A DNA stretch of 64,000 nt, taken from assembly GCA_951406725.2 (NCBI GenBank), contig OX597815.1, positions 121,334,001 to 121,398,000 on the forward strand, read 5' to 3'. The notes below the pieces were generated by a model. The model made no database searches and had not been told where the DNA came from. It saw nothing but the letters and a program-made list of their open reading frames with translations. The stretch is from Octopus vulgaris. Taxonomy: Eukaryota. This document shows positions 24,811 to 39,022 of the stretch, one piece after another (within the stretch, counting starts at the first letter, position 1; the number at the start of each line of letters is the position of its first letter). The translations under genes were made by a program, and so were the position numbers.

Positions 24811-25544
24811 ATAGTCATGGTTGATGCCAGTGTCACATAAATGGCCCATTTAAAAGCACCCTTCAATCGTTGGGAAATATGCCATACTTGTGAAAACCTG
24901 TTGAACTGAGTGAAATCGTAGTTGTGGCCAATGCCAGTACCGCCTGACTGGCACCCATGCTGGTGGCACATAAAAAGCACCATTCGAGCATGGCTGATGC
25001 CAGTGCTGCCTGACTTGCACTCATGCCAGTGGTACGTAAAAAGCACCATTCAAGCATGACCAATGCCAGTGCTGCCTGACTAGCACATAAAAAACACCAT
25101 TCGAGCATGGCTAATACCTCTGCTGCCTGACTAGCTCCTGTGCCAGTGGCAAGTAAAATTAACCACTGCACTCTCAGAGTGGTTGGCATTAGGAAGGGCA
25201 TCCAGCTGTAGAAACCTTGCAAATTAAACTGGAATCTGGTGCAGCTTCAAACCGTCCAACCCATGGCAGCATGGAAAGCAGACGTTAAACGATGATGATG
25301 ATTATGATCATCATCATCCCCATCATCATTTAACATCTGCTCTCCATGTTGGAATGGGTTGGATAGTTTGACATGGAGTTGCTTGTTGAAGCATGGTTTC
25401 TACAGCTGGATGCCCTTCCTAATGCCAACCACTTAACTGAGTGTGCTGGGTGCTTTTTAAGTGGCACTGGCACCTGAAAGACAAACCTGTATGTGTGAAA
25501 GACAGCGATTTTACTTAGCTTATACATTTCTTCCACAGAAAAAT

Positions 25545-26588
25545 TACATTTATTATCATCTGTTCTATAGGGTCTTACTAATTATTTTGCAGGAAATCGA
25601 ATATATCTTGTTACTATCTTTTAGTGTCCAAATTAGTTTGCTAAGGCTAGTAGTATTCATTTTGTTCCTATGTCTAAACAAATTTGAATGACTGGCAATT
25701 TTTTGCTTAATATAACATGAGCTAGCTCCTATATAGAAGTACTCCCTATTCTCTGAGAAAACCTTATAGCTGTATATGATATTTTTATACCTACAATTAG
25801 AATTAAGCAGACAGACCCTGTTTTTTGCACAATCACATTTGATAGTTATTACTTTCATTAATAGCTTCTGCTTCAGCTTCACTAGAAATGATTTCTAAAT
25901 TCTCCTGTATATATTCTAAGCTATTACTCTTTCCCATATAGACAACATTCTGAGTTCTGTGCTTTTTAGGATTCACATCTTCCACTTCCTGGCTAATGCA
26001 AGAGTTTGCTCGGGTAGCTTCTGTTTTATTGGTTGTCAAAGCATAGTTCCTCTCCTCATACCTAGTTAGGTTACTTATGGCTTGTTTGTCAATGTTGACA
26101 TTGTTGCTATTTATTAATCTATAATTTGTTCTGATTACTTTTGTTGTTATTGTTTATATTGAAACTGTTTAATCTACTAGTGTTGTGTGCGGCTATAATT
26201 TGTACTAGATTTTTGGTATTAGAAAAGGCTAGTCAAATTCTAGGTTTATTAAATATTCTATAGTATTTACTGTCTTTTAGAAAATGTTTAGCCAATACCA
26301 AATAGAACAATTTTGGTATATTGGAAATTATTTGTTTTCCAAAGAGAATTATATACCACTCAATATTGCTAGAGATATCTATGTTATTGAGGTAGGTATT
26401 GCTATTTCTACCTAAACTTTTTGTATAAGTGGTTTTTATTTCAGCATTGGGTTTGTTTGCTATTATATTTGCCATGATATTTGTCAGTTATTTGTATAGT
26501 ACTATTGGCAGAGCTTATGTATCAGTTAGCTCCCCTATCTGAATAGGACTACTTGGTAGATCCATTCTTATCTAAGTCACTTAGCACT

Positions 26589-26621
<33 letters not shown>

Positions 26622-27215
26622 GTTTAATGTCCGCTTTCCATGCTAGCATGGGTTGGACGATATGACTGAGGTCTGGTGAACCAGATGGCTGCACCAGACT
26701 CCAATCTGATCTGGCAGAGTTTCTACAGCTGGATGCCCTTCCTAACACCAACCACTCCGAGAGTGTAATGTGTGCTTTTATGTGCCACTGGCACGAGGGC
26801 CAGTCAGGCGGTACTGGTAGCGGCCATGCTCAAATGGTGCTTTATTTGGCACAAATTCATGTAAATTTGTACTCTGCTTTTTGGTTCAAGGTACTCTATT
26901 GTTGTATTTTAATTGCACAGACTTTCTGTCTTTAACTCTTCCCACTGTCCATTCTTGGTGGTTAGTGGTGTTCTTCATGTTTATGCATTCTATTTTGATT
27001 ATTGTCAGAATGACACATTCCACTATGTTTATCATTTCTATTATTACTATTGTTAGAGAATTTAAATTTTTCTCTATATTCCACCTTCTCTAATGCTAAA
27101 TTATAAAAGTCCTCATTTAGTTCAAATACTTTCTCGTTCACTGAAGGGTAAGTAATGCAGATTGATGAATTTTCTATTATAGTCAGGTTATACATTTTGG
27201 GTGTTCTATTTTCCA
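25545..27215 (-). mobile_element. Older PLE remnant related to the 35-44 kb element, interrupted by a family C repeat (~26590-26845)
   Basis: CDCAKNRVC (CxCx5C), NIIYSYKV..FYIGASS..KQKIASH..TTSLSKLIWTLK. SVNEKVFELNEDFYNLALEKVEY parallels SSNEEIFNKHCDRYNAALLKAGY. Confidence 0.8.
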
Positions 27216-28235
27216 TGATGGCATGAGTTGGACAATCTGACCAGAGTTTGCAAGAGAAGAGCTGCACCAGATTCCAATCTGATTTGGCTTCTAGGTTCTT
27301 TTGTGTGTGTGTGTATGTGTGTGTGTGTGTGTCTGTGTGTGTCTGTGTGTGTGTGTGTGTGTGTAAAGGGAAATCCCAATCAATAAATCCCCCCATGTCA
27401 CTCTCTCCCCACACCATATTATCCACAGCAGCCACCTACCCCCATCCCAATTCCAATTTTTTCTCTCTGTTAACCAGAACCTCTTTATCCATTAAAATTG
27501 ATTTCCACAGTCTCATACATTATACCTGTTTTATCTCTCTACTCCATCCCTGAAGCCCACTCATAATGTTTCTTTTCTCTCTCTCTCTCTCTCTCCCCTC
27601 TCTCTTCCCCCTCTCTCTTTCTCTCTCTCTCTCTCACTCACTCTCCCTCTCTTCACCCTGTCAATGGTATCTATACTGCAAATATTCTTCTAGCTTCTCC
27701 AACCCTTTGTACCCCATCTCAATCAGTACAGATGTTTTCTACCTCCATTTCCTACTTCCTCTATCTCCTTCCCCATTCACTCTTGTAAGCCCTCATTCCT
27801 TCCACCCACTACTACACCTTCTACCAGAGGTGCCACGAGAACATCCCATCATCACTGTTTATCTCCTTGGAGATCACTAAAATTCATTCTCACTCTCTCC
27901 TAAATGTTAGTAGCCATATAACACTTCTACAAGAAGCTCCTCCCTACTCTATTACTTCCCCTATACATTAACCCCCATGTAACATAGAGAAGTAACATCC
28001 CCTCTCCTTGGGTTTGTTGACTTATGAGTGCATCATGACCTCAATAGTGTCAGTGGCATGAAACAAAGTACCCAGTCCATACTGTCATTTTGTTGGTGTT
28101 AGGAAGGGCATCCAGCTGTAGAAACCATACCAAAGCAAACACTGGAGTACAATGCAGTTCTTGACTTACTGGGTCCTTGTCAAACTGTGCAACCCATGTC
28201 AGTATGGAAGATGGATATTAAATGATGATGGTGAT

Positions 28236-28274
<39 letters not shown>

Positions 28275-28276
<2 letters not shown>

Positions 28277-28430
28277 GGTGGTTGTCTACTCCTTATGCAG
28301 AGTTTGACCACCTCCTGTACCTACACCTTAGAACCATCATGGCATCTGATGTGGCTTTTTAAACCAGACAAAGTTTTGAAAAGACACTCACATAGATTGC
28401 ATATCCAAGTTGGACCACCAAGAGCTGTGT
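28275..28430 (-). mobile_element. RTE-type LINE extreme 3' end with C2H2-like motif
   Basis: Minus strand WICNLCECLFKTLSGLKSHIRCH followed by a short UTR. Confidence 0.6.
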
Positions 28431-28496
28431 GTATGTATGCAGTGTATGTGATTGTGCATGTGTGTATGCGAGTATATATGTGTGTGTGCATATATA

Positions 28497-29495
28497 TACC
28501 TGTTGTTGATTTGGGGCCCTAATCTGTCTATGAGAATAGCCTCCTTTATTCTTAAATTTCTTTCTTTGGCCTCAATTGTGACTGTTATGCTTTTGTCAGT
28601 GTTCTGGCATCTGTCAAGATGTTTTCTGAAGGAGGAGGCTCTCATGTTCAGGTGTTCTTTGATGCAAATGTGTAACGGCCTTGTTGTGTTACCCACATAG
28701 AGCTTGTTGCATTTGTTACATTGTATTCTATACACAACATTTATCCATTGGCGTAAGTCTGCATCACGAATGGGATAGTTTGCTATTGTGCATTGATTGC
28801 TGTCCCTAACCTGTTTCCTTACGAGGTGTCTTCTCAGAGAAGTGCCGGAGTGGGCTAGTTGTATGTCTAGTCCTTTCCTTCTTATGGCTCTTCGGATGGC
28901 TGTAGTTATCCTCTCGCTAAAATGGAGTATTTCAAAGAAGTATGCATTGCTGGGTTTTTTGTGCATTTGGCATGTTGTTCATTTTGGGTACTTAAGCCGA
29001 TTTATAATGGCTATAGGGTACCCATTGGTTTTTAATATTTCTAGGAAGTATATAGTGTGGGCCACCTTATCCTCTGTCCTGCTGCATTTGCTCTGGATGC
29101 GTGCAAGTTCATTTCTGGCATATCCTAATTTGGCATCAAGTGGAAGTGCTAAACTGTAGTGGACAAATATATCTCTACTGGCTGCTTTCCTGTAGAACTC
29201 AGTATGGATTTCTCCTTCTTCCATTATTTTCAGTTGGAAGTCAAGTAGTGATAGTGATCCAGTGTTTTCAGGATGTTCTATAGTGAACTTTATGTTCATG
29301 TCCATGTTGTTGAACATCGTGAATATTCTGTCAGCCTCTTCACGGGAAGGATGTGAGTATGAGGATGTCATCTACGTACCTGGTGAATAAAGCGCATGAG
29401 CGGCAGATGTTGAGTGCTCGACGTTCCTGATGGTTCATACAGGTGATGGCTAGTAGGCCCGAGAGATTGGATCCCATGGGGAGACCTGTTGTCCA
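28497..29495 (-). mobile_element. PLE fragment (Penelope/Poseidon-like): RT C-terminal half plus GIY-YIG
   Basis: GLPMGSNLSGLLA..FTRYVDDI, IKFTIEHPENTGSLSLLD..FYRK, VVYRIQCNKCNKLYVGNTTRPL..IKEH..KEAILI. Frameshifted. Confidence 0.9.
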
Positions 29496-29823
29496 TTTTA
29501 TTTATATATACACACACACGTGTCTGTATGTGTGTGTATGTGTGTGTATGTGTGAATATATGTATGTGTGCGTGTGTGCATATATATATATATGTATGCG
29601 TGTGTGTATGTATATGTGTATGTATGTGTGAGTGCATATGCTTGTGTCTCCTTGTCTTGATGTTCTGTGATGGCATATAAATGAGTGTTACTATCATATA
29701 AGCAGTAACTTTCATTTCCAGTCTTCCACAAAAACATGTCTGTTTGTAAGAAATCTGTTTCAACAAATTCTGTCTGGCTTATTCAATTACAGAAAAGGGA
29801 AAACTGAAACAATGATAAAGTTG

Positions 29824-29867
<44 letters not shown>

Positions 29868-29871
29868 CATA

Positions 29872-30560
29872 TGTGCTAAGAAGGCTGAGGGTGTCTTGGC
29901 ATCACTCACCAAGTCCTTTGTGAGCCTCTCTCTGGCTATCTATCTACAGCTTTATATAGCTATGGTGTGACCTCACCTGGAATTTACATCACCAGTCTGG
30001 AACCCCTATCTTGCCCAGGATATTAATCATCTGGAAGCCGTTCATTGGCATGCAACTAAGAGAATACCCTCCATCAGGCATTTGCCATATTCTGAATGCC
30101 TTACTTCTCTGGGCATGGATACATTAAAACTCCGACATCTGGCAGCAGACTTGGCAGACACCCATAAAATTATTAACCATCTTACAAACAATAACTTTGA
30201 ACACCTTTTCAAACTCACCTGTCTAACACCCGTGGACATGTTTACAAGGTCAAAAAACAGCACAGCTCCTATGACTTTCAGAAACATTTTTTCATGCCAA
30301 GAGTTGCTGAAGCATGGAACAAACTGCCAGCATCAGTTGTTAGTTGTCGGAGCACTGCATCCTTCAAAACTTCCATGCTTCCTGAGATTCGCCAACACTA
30401 CACCTGATTTTCTACCCTCCATACACACGCAAGCATGTATCTGACTCATACACTGTTCACTTTCCAGACATTTGTACATTAATGCATATGCTTTATACGC
30501 ACTTTTGACAAGTAATGGTGCACCTGAGCACTGTATATAATAATTTCATTATCATTATTA
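29872..30560 (+). mobile_element. CR1 LINE 3' end
   Basis: PHLEFTSPVWNPYLAQDINHLEAV..ATKRIP..YSECLTSLGMDTLKLRHL..DL..THKII, then a 3' UTR and (ATT)n tail. Confidence 0.85.
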
Positions 30561-31703
30561 TATATACATATATTAAATTAGCTTTAGAAGGAGAGTAATT
30601 GATGTATAGATGTTACACATACATACACACACACAAACATACATATGCACACACACACACATGCATATACATACTCATATAGATAGACCGATTGATAGAT
30701 AGGTGGATGTATAGATAGAAAGATAGATACATACATACATACATACTTACATATGTACATACATACACACATGTGTACTTATACTTAGACTAACACAAAG
30801 AGAGAAATATATAGACAGGTGGATAAATAGACAGACAACCAGACAGACAACTAGATAGCTTGTAAATTTGACTAGACAGTTGTATGGCTTAAGAATTAAG
30901 ATGTAAAGCCAAATCTACAATGTCGAGGTATTTCACTTCTATAGTCATGATAGTTTGGTTATTAGTGCATTGCATGTACGGAATGACTGATTTGCTGGTG
31001 AACAATGAACATTATGACAAAACTGATTTAGTAACCACAAATAAATCAGTCACCTTTTTATCTTTTGTCTAATCATCTTCCTTCAATGATGATGTGCTCT
31101 GTTTCTTTCACTTCTTCTGACTTTTCTTCAGAAGGCATGAGCCAGTTCTGACACCTGACAACAATAATTTTGTTTGGCACAGTTAATAGCTATCCATTTA
31201 GTTCCATACAAACCTCATTTTGAAGTCTGAAGCAGCCTTTTATGATGTACTTTCTAAGAGTCATGTTTAGTTTCTATTTATAGCCTTTAAAACTCGATTA
31301 TAGAAATGTTTTAATACCCAGCTTTAGTTATATTCCTGTTAGCTTTATAATCGACACCAAACCTGATAGATTGCAGAGTAGCTATCAATTTAGCTCACTG
31401 ACACTCCTTTTTGCTTCCATTCACTTCTTCCTGTCTGAAAGTTTGAGCATAAACAAAAGCAATATGTATAACTATGATAAGATATCTTACATCTTTTATC
31501 TTTTTACTTGTTTCAAGTGTTGGATTGTGGCCACACTGGAGTACTGCCTTGAAAGGTTTAGTCAGACAAATTGACCACAGTACTTATTTAATCAGTCTCT
31601 TTTGCTGAACCACTAAGTTGCAAGGATGCAGGCAAACCAAAAAGGGTTATCAAGTAGTGGGGTGGACAAACATAAATACACACAGACACATTCATATATA
31701 TGT

Positions 31704-31738
<35 letters not shown>

Positions 31739-32152
31739 CATATAGGTGCCGATGCACCAGTATGGTAAGAAGTTTGCTTCCTAACCTCATGGTTCCAGGT
31801 ACACTTGAACTGCAGAGTACCTAGAGCAGGAATTGTCCACTATAGCTTCATCTGACCAAAGCCTTGTGAATGAATTTGGTAGACAGAAAATGAAATAAGC
31901 ATGTCATATTGATAGTTAGATTTGTTGTTGCTGTTGTTAAGGCAGCGAGCTGGTAGAATCGTTAGCACACCGGGCGAAATGCTTAACAGTGTTTCGTCAG
32001 ACATTACGTTCTGAGTTCAAATTCCGCTGAGGTTGACTTTGCCTTTCATCCTTTCGGAGTTGATAAATTAAGTATCAGTGAAACACTGGGGTTGATGTGA
32101 TTGACTGTCCCCCTCCCCACAAAATCCAGACCATGTACCTATTGTAGAAAGG

Positions 32153-32196
<44 letters not shown>

Positions 32197-32435
32197 CATT
32201 ATTATTATTATTATTATTAAATAAGGCAGTGAGCTGGCAGAATCATTAGCATGACAGGTGAAATGCTTAGCGGTATTTCGTCAGTCTTCATGTTCTGAGT
32301 TCAAATTCTGCTGAGGTTGACTTTGCCTTTCATCTTTTTGAGGTCAATAAATTAAGTACCAGTGGAACACTGGGGTCAATGTAATCAACTCATCCCCTCC
32401 CTCCAAATGACTGCCCTTGTGGCAAAATTTGATGC

Positions 32436-32486
<51 letters not shown>

Positions 32487-33231
32487 CATTATTCAGGTAG
32501 TAAGCTGGCAGATTCAGTGACACACTGGACAAAATGCTTAGTTGTATTTCTTCCACCAATACATTCTGAGTTCAGATTCCACCGAGGTTGACTTTACCTT
32601 TCATACTTTCAGGGTCGATAAATTAAGTACCAGTGAAACACTGAGGTCGATGTAATCAAAATGTCCCCTCCCCTAAGTTTCAAGCCTTGTGCCTTTAGTA
32701 GAAAGGATTATGATTATTATTATTAGATTGGAGCCTGGTGCAGCCTTCTGGCTTGCCAACCCTCAGTCAAACCATCCAACCCATGCCAGCATGGAAAGCA
32801 GATGTTAAATGACAATGATGATGATGATAATTGCTTAGTCAGGATTGAAGGCAATGCCCATAAACCCTTCTCAGGGCCTCTAAGATGGACATGAAGATAT
32901 CTTTAGGACAGTAGAAGGTATCTTCAAACTAGAGCAATAGTCCAGATGTTTGCAAACTAGTGGAATCTGCTGAAGGCACACAAGAATCAGGATCTGGTGT
33001 TAAACTGGGTGAATAATTAGTAAGCAACAGCAAGATTTGAAGTCAGAATGCAAAATATTGTTCAATGCCCAAGAGATTTTGCCAGTCCCTTACCCTAGCA
33101 TGGCACTTTATTTTTTTTTTTTACTCCAAAAGTGATCTCAATGGGATTTGAACTCAGAGGTGGAATATATAACACAATGCTCTAATGACTTCACCAATTT
33201 GCCACTGCAATTATATAAATGAAGGCAAGTC

Positions 33232-33490
33232 CTATATTTAAGAGATGAGGAATTATGTACATTATTTACATTATTTATATTTGACGGATATTTGTCCTCA
33301 TCTTGTTCATTGTTAACACGTTTCGGCTGATATACCCTCCAGCATTCATCAGGTGCCTTGGGGAATGAGAACCCAGGTTCAAAATTTCCCCAAGACACCT
33401 CATGAAGGCTGGAAGGTATATCAGTCAAAACGTGTTAACAACAAACAAGATGAGGACAAACATCCATCAAATGTAAATAATGTAAATAAT
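33232..33490. mobile_element. Inverted pair (5'-inversion insertion) of the HHR family seen at 24050, with TSD
   Basis: 33232-33363 (-) and 33360-33490 (+) arms; TSD aggcaagtc (33223 / 33493). Minus-arm HHR reads cac-CTGATGA-atgctggagggtatatcagcc-GAAACGT-gtt. Confidence 0.85.
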
Positions 33491-33605
33491 GCAGGCAAGT
33501 CATTAGTTAATGTTGATAAATTAAGTATCAGTGAAACACTGGGGTTGATGTGATCAACTGTCCCCCTCCCCACAAAATGCAGATCTTGTGCCTATAGTAG
33601 AAAGG

Positions 33606-33658
<53 letters not shown>

Positions 33659-33725
33659 TTAGGCAGTGAGCTGGCAGAATCATTAGCATGACAGGTGAAA
33701 TGCTTAGCGGTATTTTGTCAGCTAA

Positions 33726-33960
33726 CGAGGGTGGCGAACTGGCAGAAGCGTTAGTACGCGGGGCGAAATGCTTTGCAGTATTTCGTCTACCGTTACGTTC
33801 TGAGTTCAAATTCCGCCGAGGTCGACTTTGCCTTTCATCCTTTCGGGGTCGATAAATTAAGCACCAGTTACGCACTGGGGTCGATGTAATCGACTTAATA
33901 CCTATGTCTGTCCTTGTTTGTCCCCTCTATGTTTAGCCCCTTGTGGGTAATAAAGAAATA
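33726..33960 (+). mobile_element. Young family B SINE nested in an older copy, 17-bp TSD
   Basis: ggtattttgtcagctaa at 33709-33725 and 33961-33977. CpG dinucleotides are retained. Confidence 0.9.
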
Positions 33961-35119
33961 GGTATTTTGTCAGCTAAGTCCTTAACTATACTTATGTTTT
34001 CAGATTTATTGCTGCAAGTACCATACTGTAAGATATCAGCTTCTTGTGGATCTGCAACAGAAATTTAATTTCTGGATTATTTTTCTGTAACCAATGCCTT
34101 TAGGATATATATAAACACTACTAACCTCTTTTTGTTGAGGTGAAGCGATTCCTATTTTGAAGACAACAGGACTAATAATCCATTGGCAGACACTTCTGAT
34201 TTTTGCCTTTTTTTATAAAAATATTTTGCTTTAAAAAATACTTTTCAGTTTTTGTATGAAAAAAAAATTTTTACAAAATAATTTTATATTTCCTTCACAA
34301 AAACTTTTTCTTTTACCAAAATATTTTTTTACCAAAAATTTTTATTCTTTACAGAAATATTCTTTTACACAATTTCTAGTTTATGAAAACATTTTTTTCA
34401 TAAAAATATATATTTTTATGAAAATGCTTCTTTTTATGAAAATATTTTTTTACCCCAAGCAGATGAATCTTTCACCTTTTGCTGAAGATACTACTGATTT
34501 TAAGAAGTCTTTCATTTAACTAATAATTTTCAAGAGAGGTGTACTGTTGTTATTACTGTTATTATATCATTTTCATTTATTTTTAAATGTCATATTTCTA
34601 CATACACATTATTTGACAGTTCATACCTCATACGTTTCCCACCACAAAATGTCCAAGACAATCAGCATGTGCTTTATAAATAGGAGGCCAGAGTTACTGA
34701 CAATTGGTGCTTCAGGTGCTGCAGTATCCAATAAAATTTACTTGAAATATCTCTTAGAAAATTACTTCCAAGAGTTATGAGTATTTTCTGAAGTAAGGAT
34801 GTATAGCAATGTTGTATCAAATAACATCAGTCAGGAAATGTGTAGCAAGGCTTGACCATACACATAAACAAACTATCAGTCAGCTGCATACCAAACAGGA
34901 TATCCCTAAAGCTTACATGCAGTAAATATAACACTATGCATTTATAAAATTTACATAACATAGTGAAGTAAATAAACACAATAAGGTTTGAAACGTATGA
35001 ATATATATAGAATCATCATCATCGTTTAACGTCCGTTTTCCATGCTGGCATGGGTTGGACGTTTTGAATGAGGTCTGGAGAGCCAGCAGCTACTCCAGAT
35101 TCCACATATATATATATAT

Positions 35120-35258
35120 ATAAGCTTGCTTCCCAACCACATAGTTCCAGGTTCGGTCTCACTGCATGGCACCTTGGGCAAGTGTCTTCCACTATAGCCT
35201 CGGCCGACCAAAGCCTTGTGAGTGGATTTGGTAAATGGAAACTGAAAGAAGCTCATCG
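35120..35258 (+). mobile_element. tRNA-derived SINE family A, 5' half; its 3' half resumes at ~44125-44325 after the PLE (other copies at ~345, 21200, 23050, 44762, 45418, 48348, 57148, 58615)
   Basis: gcttcccaaccacatagttccaggttc...ccttgggcaagtgtcttc...gtgagtggatttggta..gaaagaagc, then (TA)n. Intact copies continue tgtttgtcccaccaccatcgcttgacaacc. Confidence 0.85.
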
Positions 35259-35274
35259 TATATATATATATATT

Positions 35275-35325
<51 letters not shown>

Positions 35326-35337
35326 CATATATATATA

Positions 35338-35391
<54 letters not shown>

Positions 35392-35757
35392 AATGAGATA
35401 GGGGTTGAAAATTCAACCCACCATGGGATAATATATATCCAATATACTGCTAGATAGGTACCCAACAAAATTAATACATAGATGTTAAAAATTGTCAAGC
35501 AATCAGTTCATCTATTGTATTAAATGGGTAAAGGTAATAATATTACCGTAAATTAATACTACAAAATTAGAGAATGGAGAAACATACTTAAATCAGTAAA
35601 ACATCAACTATCCGATGATACTCAATCCATACTTTAATACACCATTACATATGAGTAAAGGCAATATATAAAATGAAATGAGATATACAGTAATAGTAAA
35701 AGTAAAAAGATAAAGAGATATAAGTAAAAAATTTCAAATATAATATGCAAATAAATC

Positions 35758-35873
35758 AAAACTGACAGCTGTTTCGGCAGTGAGGACAGTCATACCTCAT
35801 TTAACCTATAAGCCATAAAGGCAGGTATAAATGAGGCATTAACAAAGATGCCCCACGGCCTCTTCAGAGAATT
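35758..35873 (-). ncRNA. Type I hammerhead ribozyme (inverted-arm copy)
   Basis: Reverse complement of 43731-43846. Confidence 0.8.
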
Positions 35874-36208
35874 AAATTAAATTTGTTATAATAGTGAAAA
35901 ATATTATATAATCATATACATATAAATATAAAAATATAAAAATGTAAAATATAAAAACTTATACATCATAATGCTACACTTGTATAATATAATACACATT
36001 TGTACAAAAAGGAAGGTAAACAGAACAAAATAAAACAAAATATATAACAGTGTATATATAATATTAATAAGTACCGATATCATACATATTTAGCTAATAG
36101 TTTTTTTTATAAAAAAAAGGGCTAACACATATGGAGATGAAAAATAATAATTAAATCCGTGGTACAGTTCATAAAATTCTAAAGCTATAAAAGTTAATAA
36201 AAATTACT

Positions 36209-36265
<57 letters not shown>

Positions 36266-37977
36266 TAAAAAATAATAAAAATAGATACAGTTAAGTTATC
36301 ACCAAGTCCATCCTTTCAAGATCGAAATAACTATGAGTTAAGAAATGCTGACCACTAGGTAAAGAAAATTTAGATTAATTCGATTGGCTATTGGTTTGAA
36401 ATTTAAATCACAAAAGAAAATTATACGGTTGGTTAGTCAGGGAACGCCAATATTCACACACGCATCTACAGATCAATCGCACATACACACATAGTTATAT
36501 GTATATACATACACTTATACATATACATAATCATAAGCAACAACTAACACTTAGATAAACAAAAGGGAAGCAACTATGCTAACATTTAAGTCCTTCAAAA
36601 TTATAACTGAGCCTCAATAACAAAAAAAGAACCATCCATGCATTCTATAAAATATTTAATTAAGATATAAATGTATTTTTAAATATCAGTATGTTACTAA
36701 TTCAGATAATTATTTCATGGGTAACTTAAAATTTATAACACCGGTTTGTTGCAGAGTAAACATACGGTTGTTAGGTTTATCGTAAGTTTGTTATGATTTA
36801 AAGTACGCTAAATTATAAAATATAAAATATAAAATATATTAATTTAGATATTATAAATAAGTCACTTATTAACTTAATAAATATAGTGCCAAATATACCA
36901 GTTTAGGCAATAAAAATAGAGGGGAAGTATTAATGTAAACGCTTATGAGAACATCACAGAAATTTTAAATAAATTTTATATTATAAAGACTTAAGATGAA
37001 AAGAGATAAAATAAATAAAAAGGAATAAATACGAAGGAATAAATACGGTTATACACATAATTATAAGTACAAACTAGTATATATGTATTCATATATTATT
37101 AAAATTAAATAAAAATAAATGATAGATATGTATGTATAAAACTACACCAGTATAAGTAAATAAGTAAAGAATAAATAGGTAACAAATTAAATGACTTGAT
37201 ATGTATGTAAACATCCACACTTAAATAGGCAAATAAATAAATAAATAGAAGACTAGATGCAAATATTGATAATATTACAATAAAATGGGAAATAAATAAA
37301 AATAAATAAAGTGAATATATATATTTTATATTGTTGAAAGTAAATATGTATGGAAGGATAGTTTAAAGTACAGATCCAGAGGACTATAGATATAAACTAA
37401 ATATATGAGGCTGGTAATAATTATAAAGCAAAATGCATGTAAATGAGAAAATGAAAAAAATGAAAAAGGTTTATCAGTGAATAGCATAAGATACAAATTA
37501 AGGTGAGTACAAAAAGACCAAATATATAATAAAAACCTTCCAAATCAGCACATACAAAAAACCTATAATCTCAACCTAAACCCACCAAACTCACAAAAGG
37601 CTCTCATATATTACATATTATACAATATCATTACATTATCCAGAGCTAGGTATCTAACCAAGATATACATATATACTATGCAATATACTATGCAATATTG
37701 GAAAACTTCAAAAATCACACATTACAAGGCAAATACCAAAATGAATATGTTATTTTATGTCATATTGCATTTCTCTTAAAAAACAAACAAAAACCCACAT
37801 ACAAAAACCAAGAAACCAATAATACTAGACACATCCATTAGTTATTATACAAATGTAGCTATAAAAATTATAAAATTATGAAATTTATAAATTGTATACT
37901 TTAGAATTATAGAAGACCACAGGTATATTTAGTTAAAGAAGGGAATTAAAAAATTATAATAGTGGAAGTGCTAAGTT

Positions 37978-39022
37978 CTATTTGAATCTAGAAAAGGTGA
38001 ACGGTAGCCTATGAATACAAAAGAAGTTTTTCTCATTAATGTTGTTAATAATTTGCCGACCCGCTTTAATAATGAAGAAAATTTCATTAATACATAGAGA
38101 GCATTTTTTATTTTTTCCATTATACACAGGTGCTGAAGTTAGTATTTTCCAGTTTAATCTAAAATCTAAGTTCTTACTTTTAAGTTCCCAAATATATGCA
38201 CTTAGCCCTGTAGAGTACATTCTATTTTTATTCCTAAAAGTATATCTATGATAATTCCATCTTTGTTTTATGCTATTCATAGTTGCCCCGATATACACCC
38301 TACTACTCAATTGTGTATCTACAGTGCATTGGTAAACTACCTCCTTCCTGAGGCATTGATTACCAAATACACATTTATTTTTATTTCTGCAATTACAAAG
38401 ATTAACAGAATGAGGAAATCTAAGATTGGACACCACCCCTATACTACTATTCACATTATAAGTGTTACAATTGTTATCATCATCCAAACCCAAAATCAAC
38501 GAATGAGTTAATTCCACATTATCGGCTATATTCCTATCACTAGTACTAGTATTGGTAGTAGTGGTATGATCTATTACATTTATATTATCTCTGACAGGTA
38601 TGGTGCACTCATTATTAGTAAGGAGGTTGCTCCCATTTGTTCCAAGAAAATTTCTATTCCTATTATTAATGAAGAGGGGCAAGTTTTCCTGGTCTAAATT
38701 CAATTTTCTATCCTTATAGAAGTGATCCAGTTTCTTGTTATTAAAAGAGGAGATGATGGTGGCTAGATTATGAGTAATGCTATATCCCACTCTAACAGTA
38801 CCGTTGTTAATTAAAGGACTAAATTTATTCCTATCCTTACCAAAATGCCTAAAAATAATATTATGCAAAGCTCTCACTATGTTTGTTTTAATCTGCATTG
38901 CATACGGGATAATCAACCAAAGAGTATCCTTATCAGAATTAGGATTGCCTATAGAATTAATGTTATTTGTAAAAATCCTATTCGTAGACCAACTCATAGG
39001 ATTACTATTCTTACCACTGTCA
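37978..39022 (-). pseudogene. Inverted duplicate of the PLE linker plus GIY-YIG coding segment
   Basis: Identical to the 40420-41613 protein from DSGKNSNP onward. The ORF-track N-terminus (up to 39090) is antisense of the RT start. Confidence 0.9.

Noticed and set aside
24920-25170. Regularly spaced ~55 bp repeats that look CRISPR-like (also at 7320 and 52395)
   Set aside because: They are tandem units without unique spacers inside a eukaryotic retroposon tail, and there are no cas genes.
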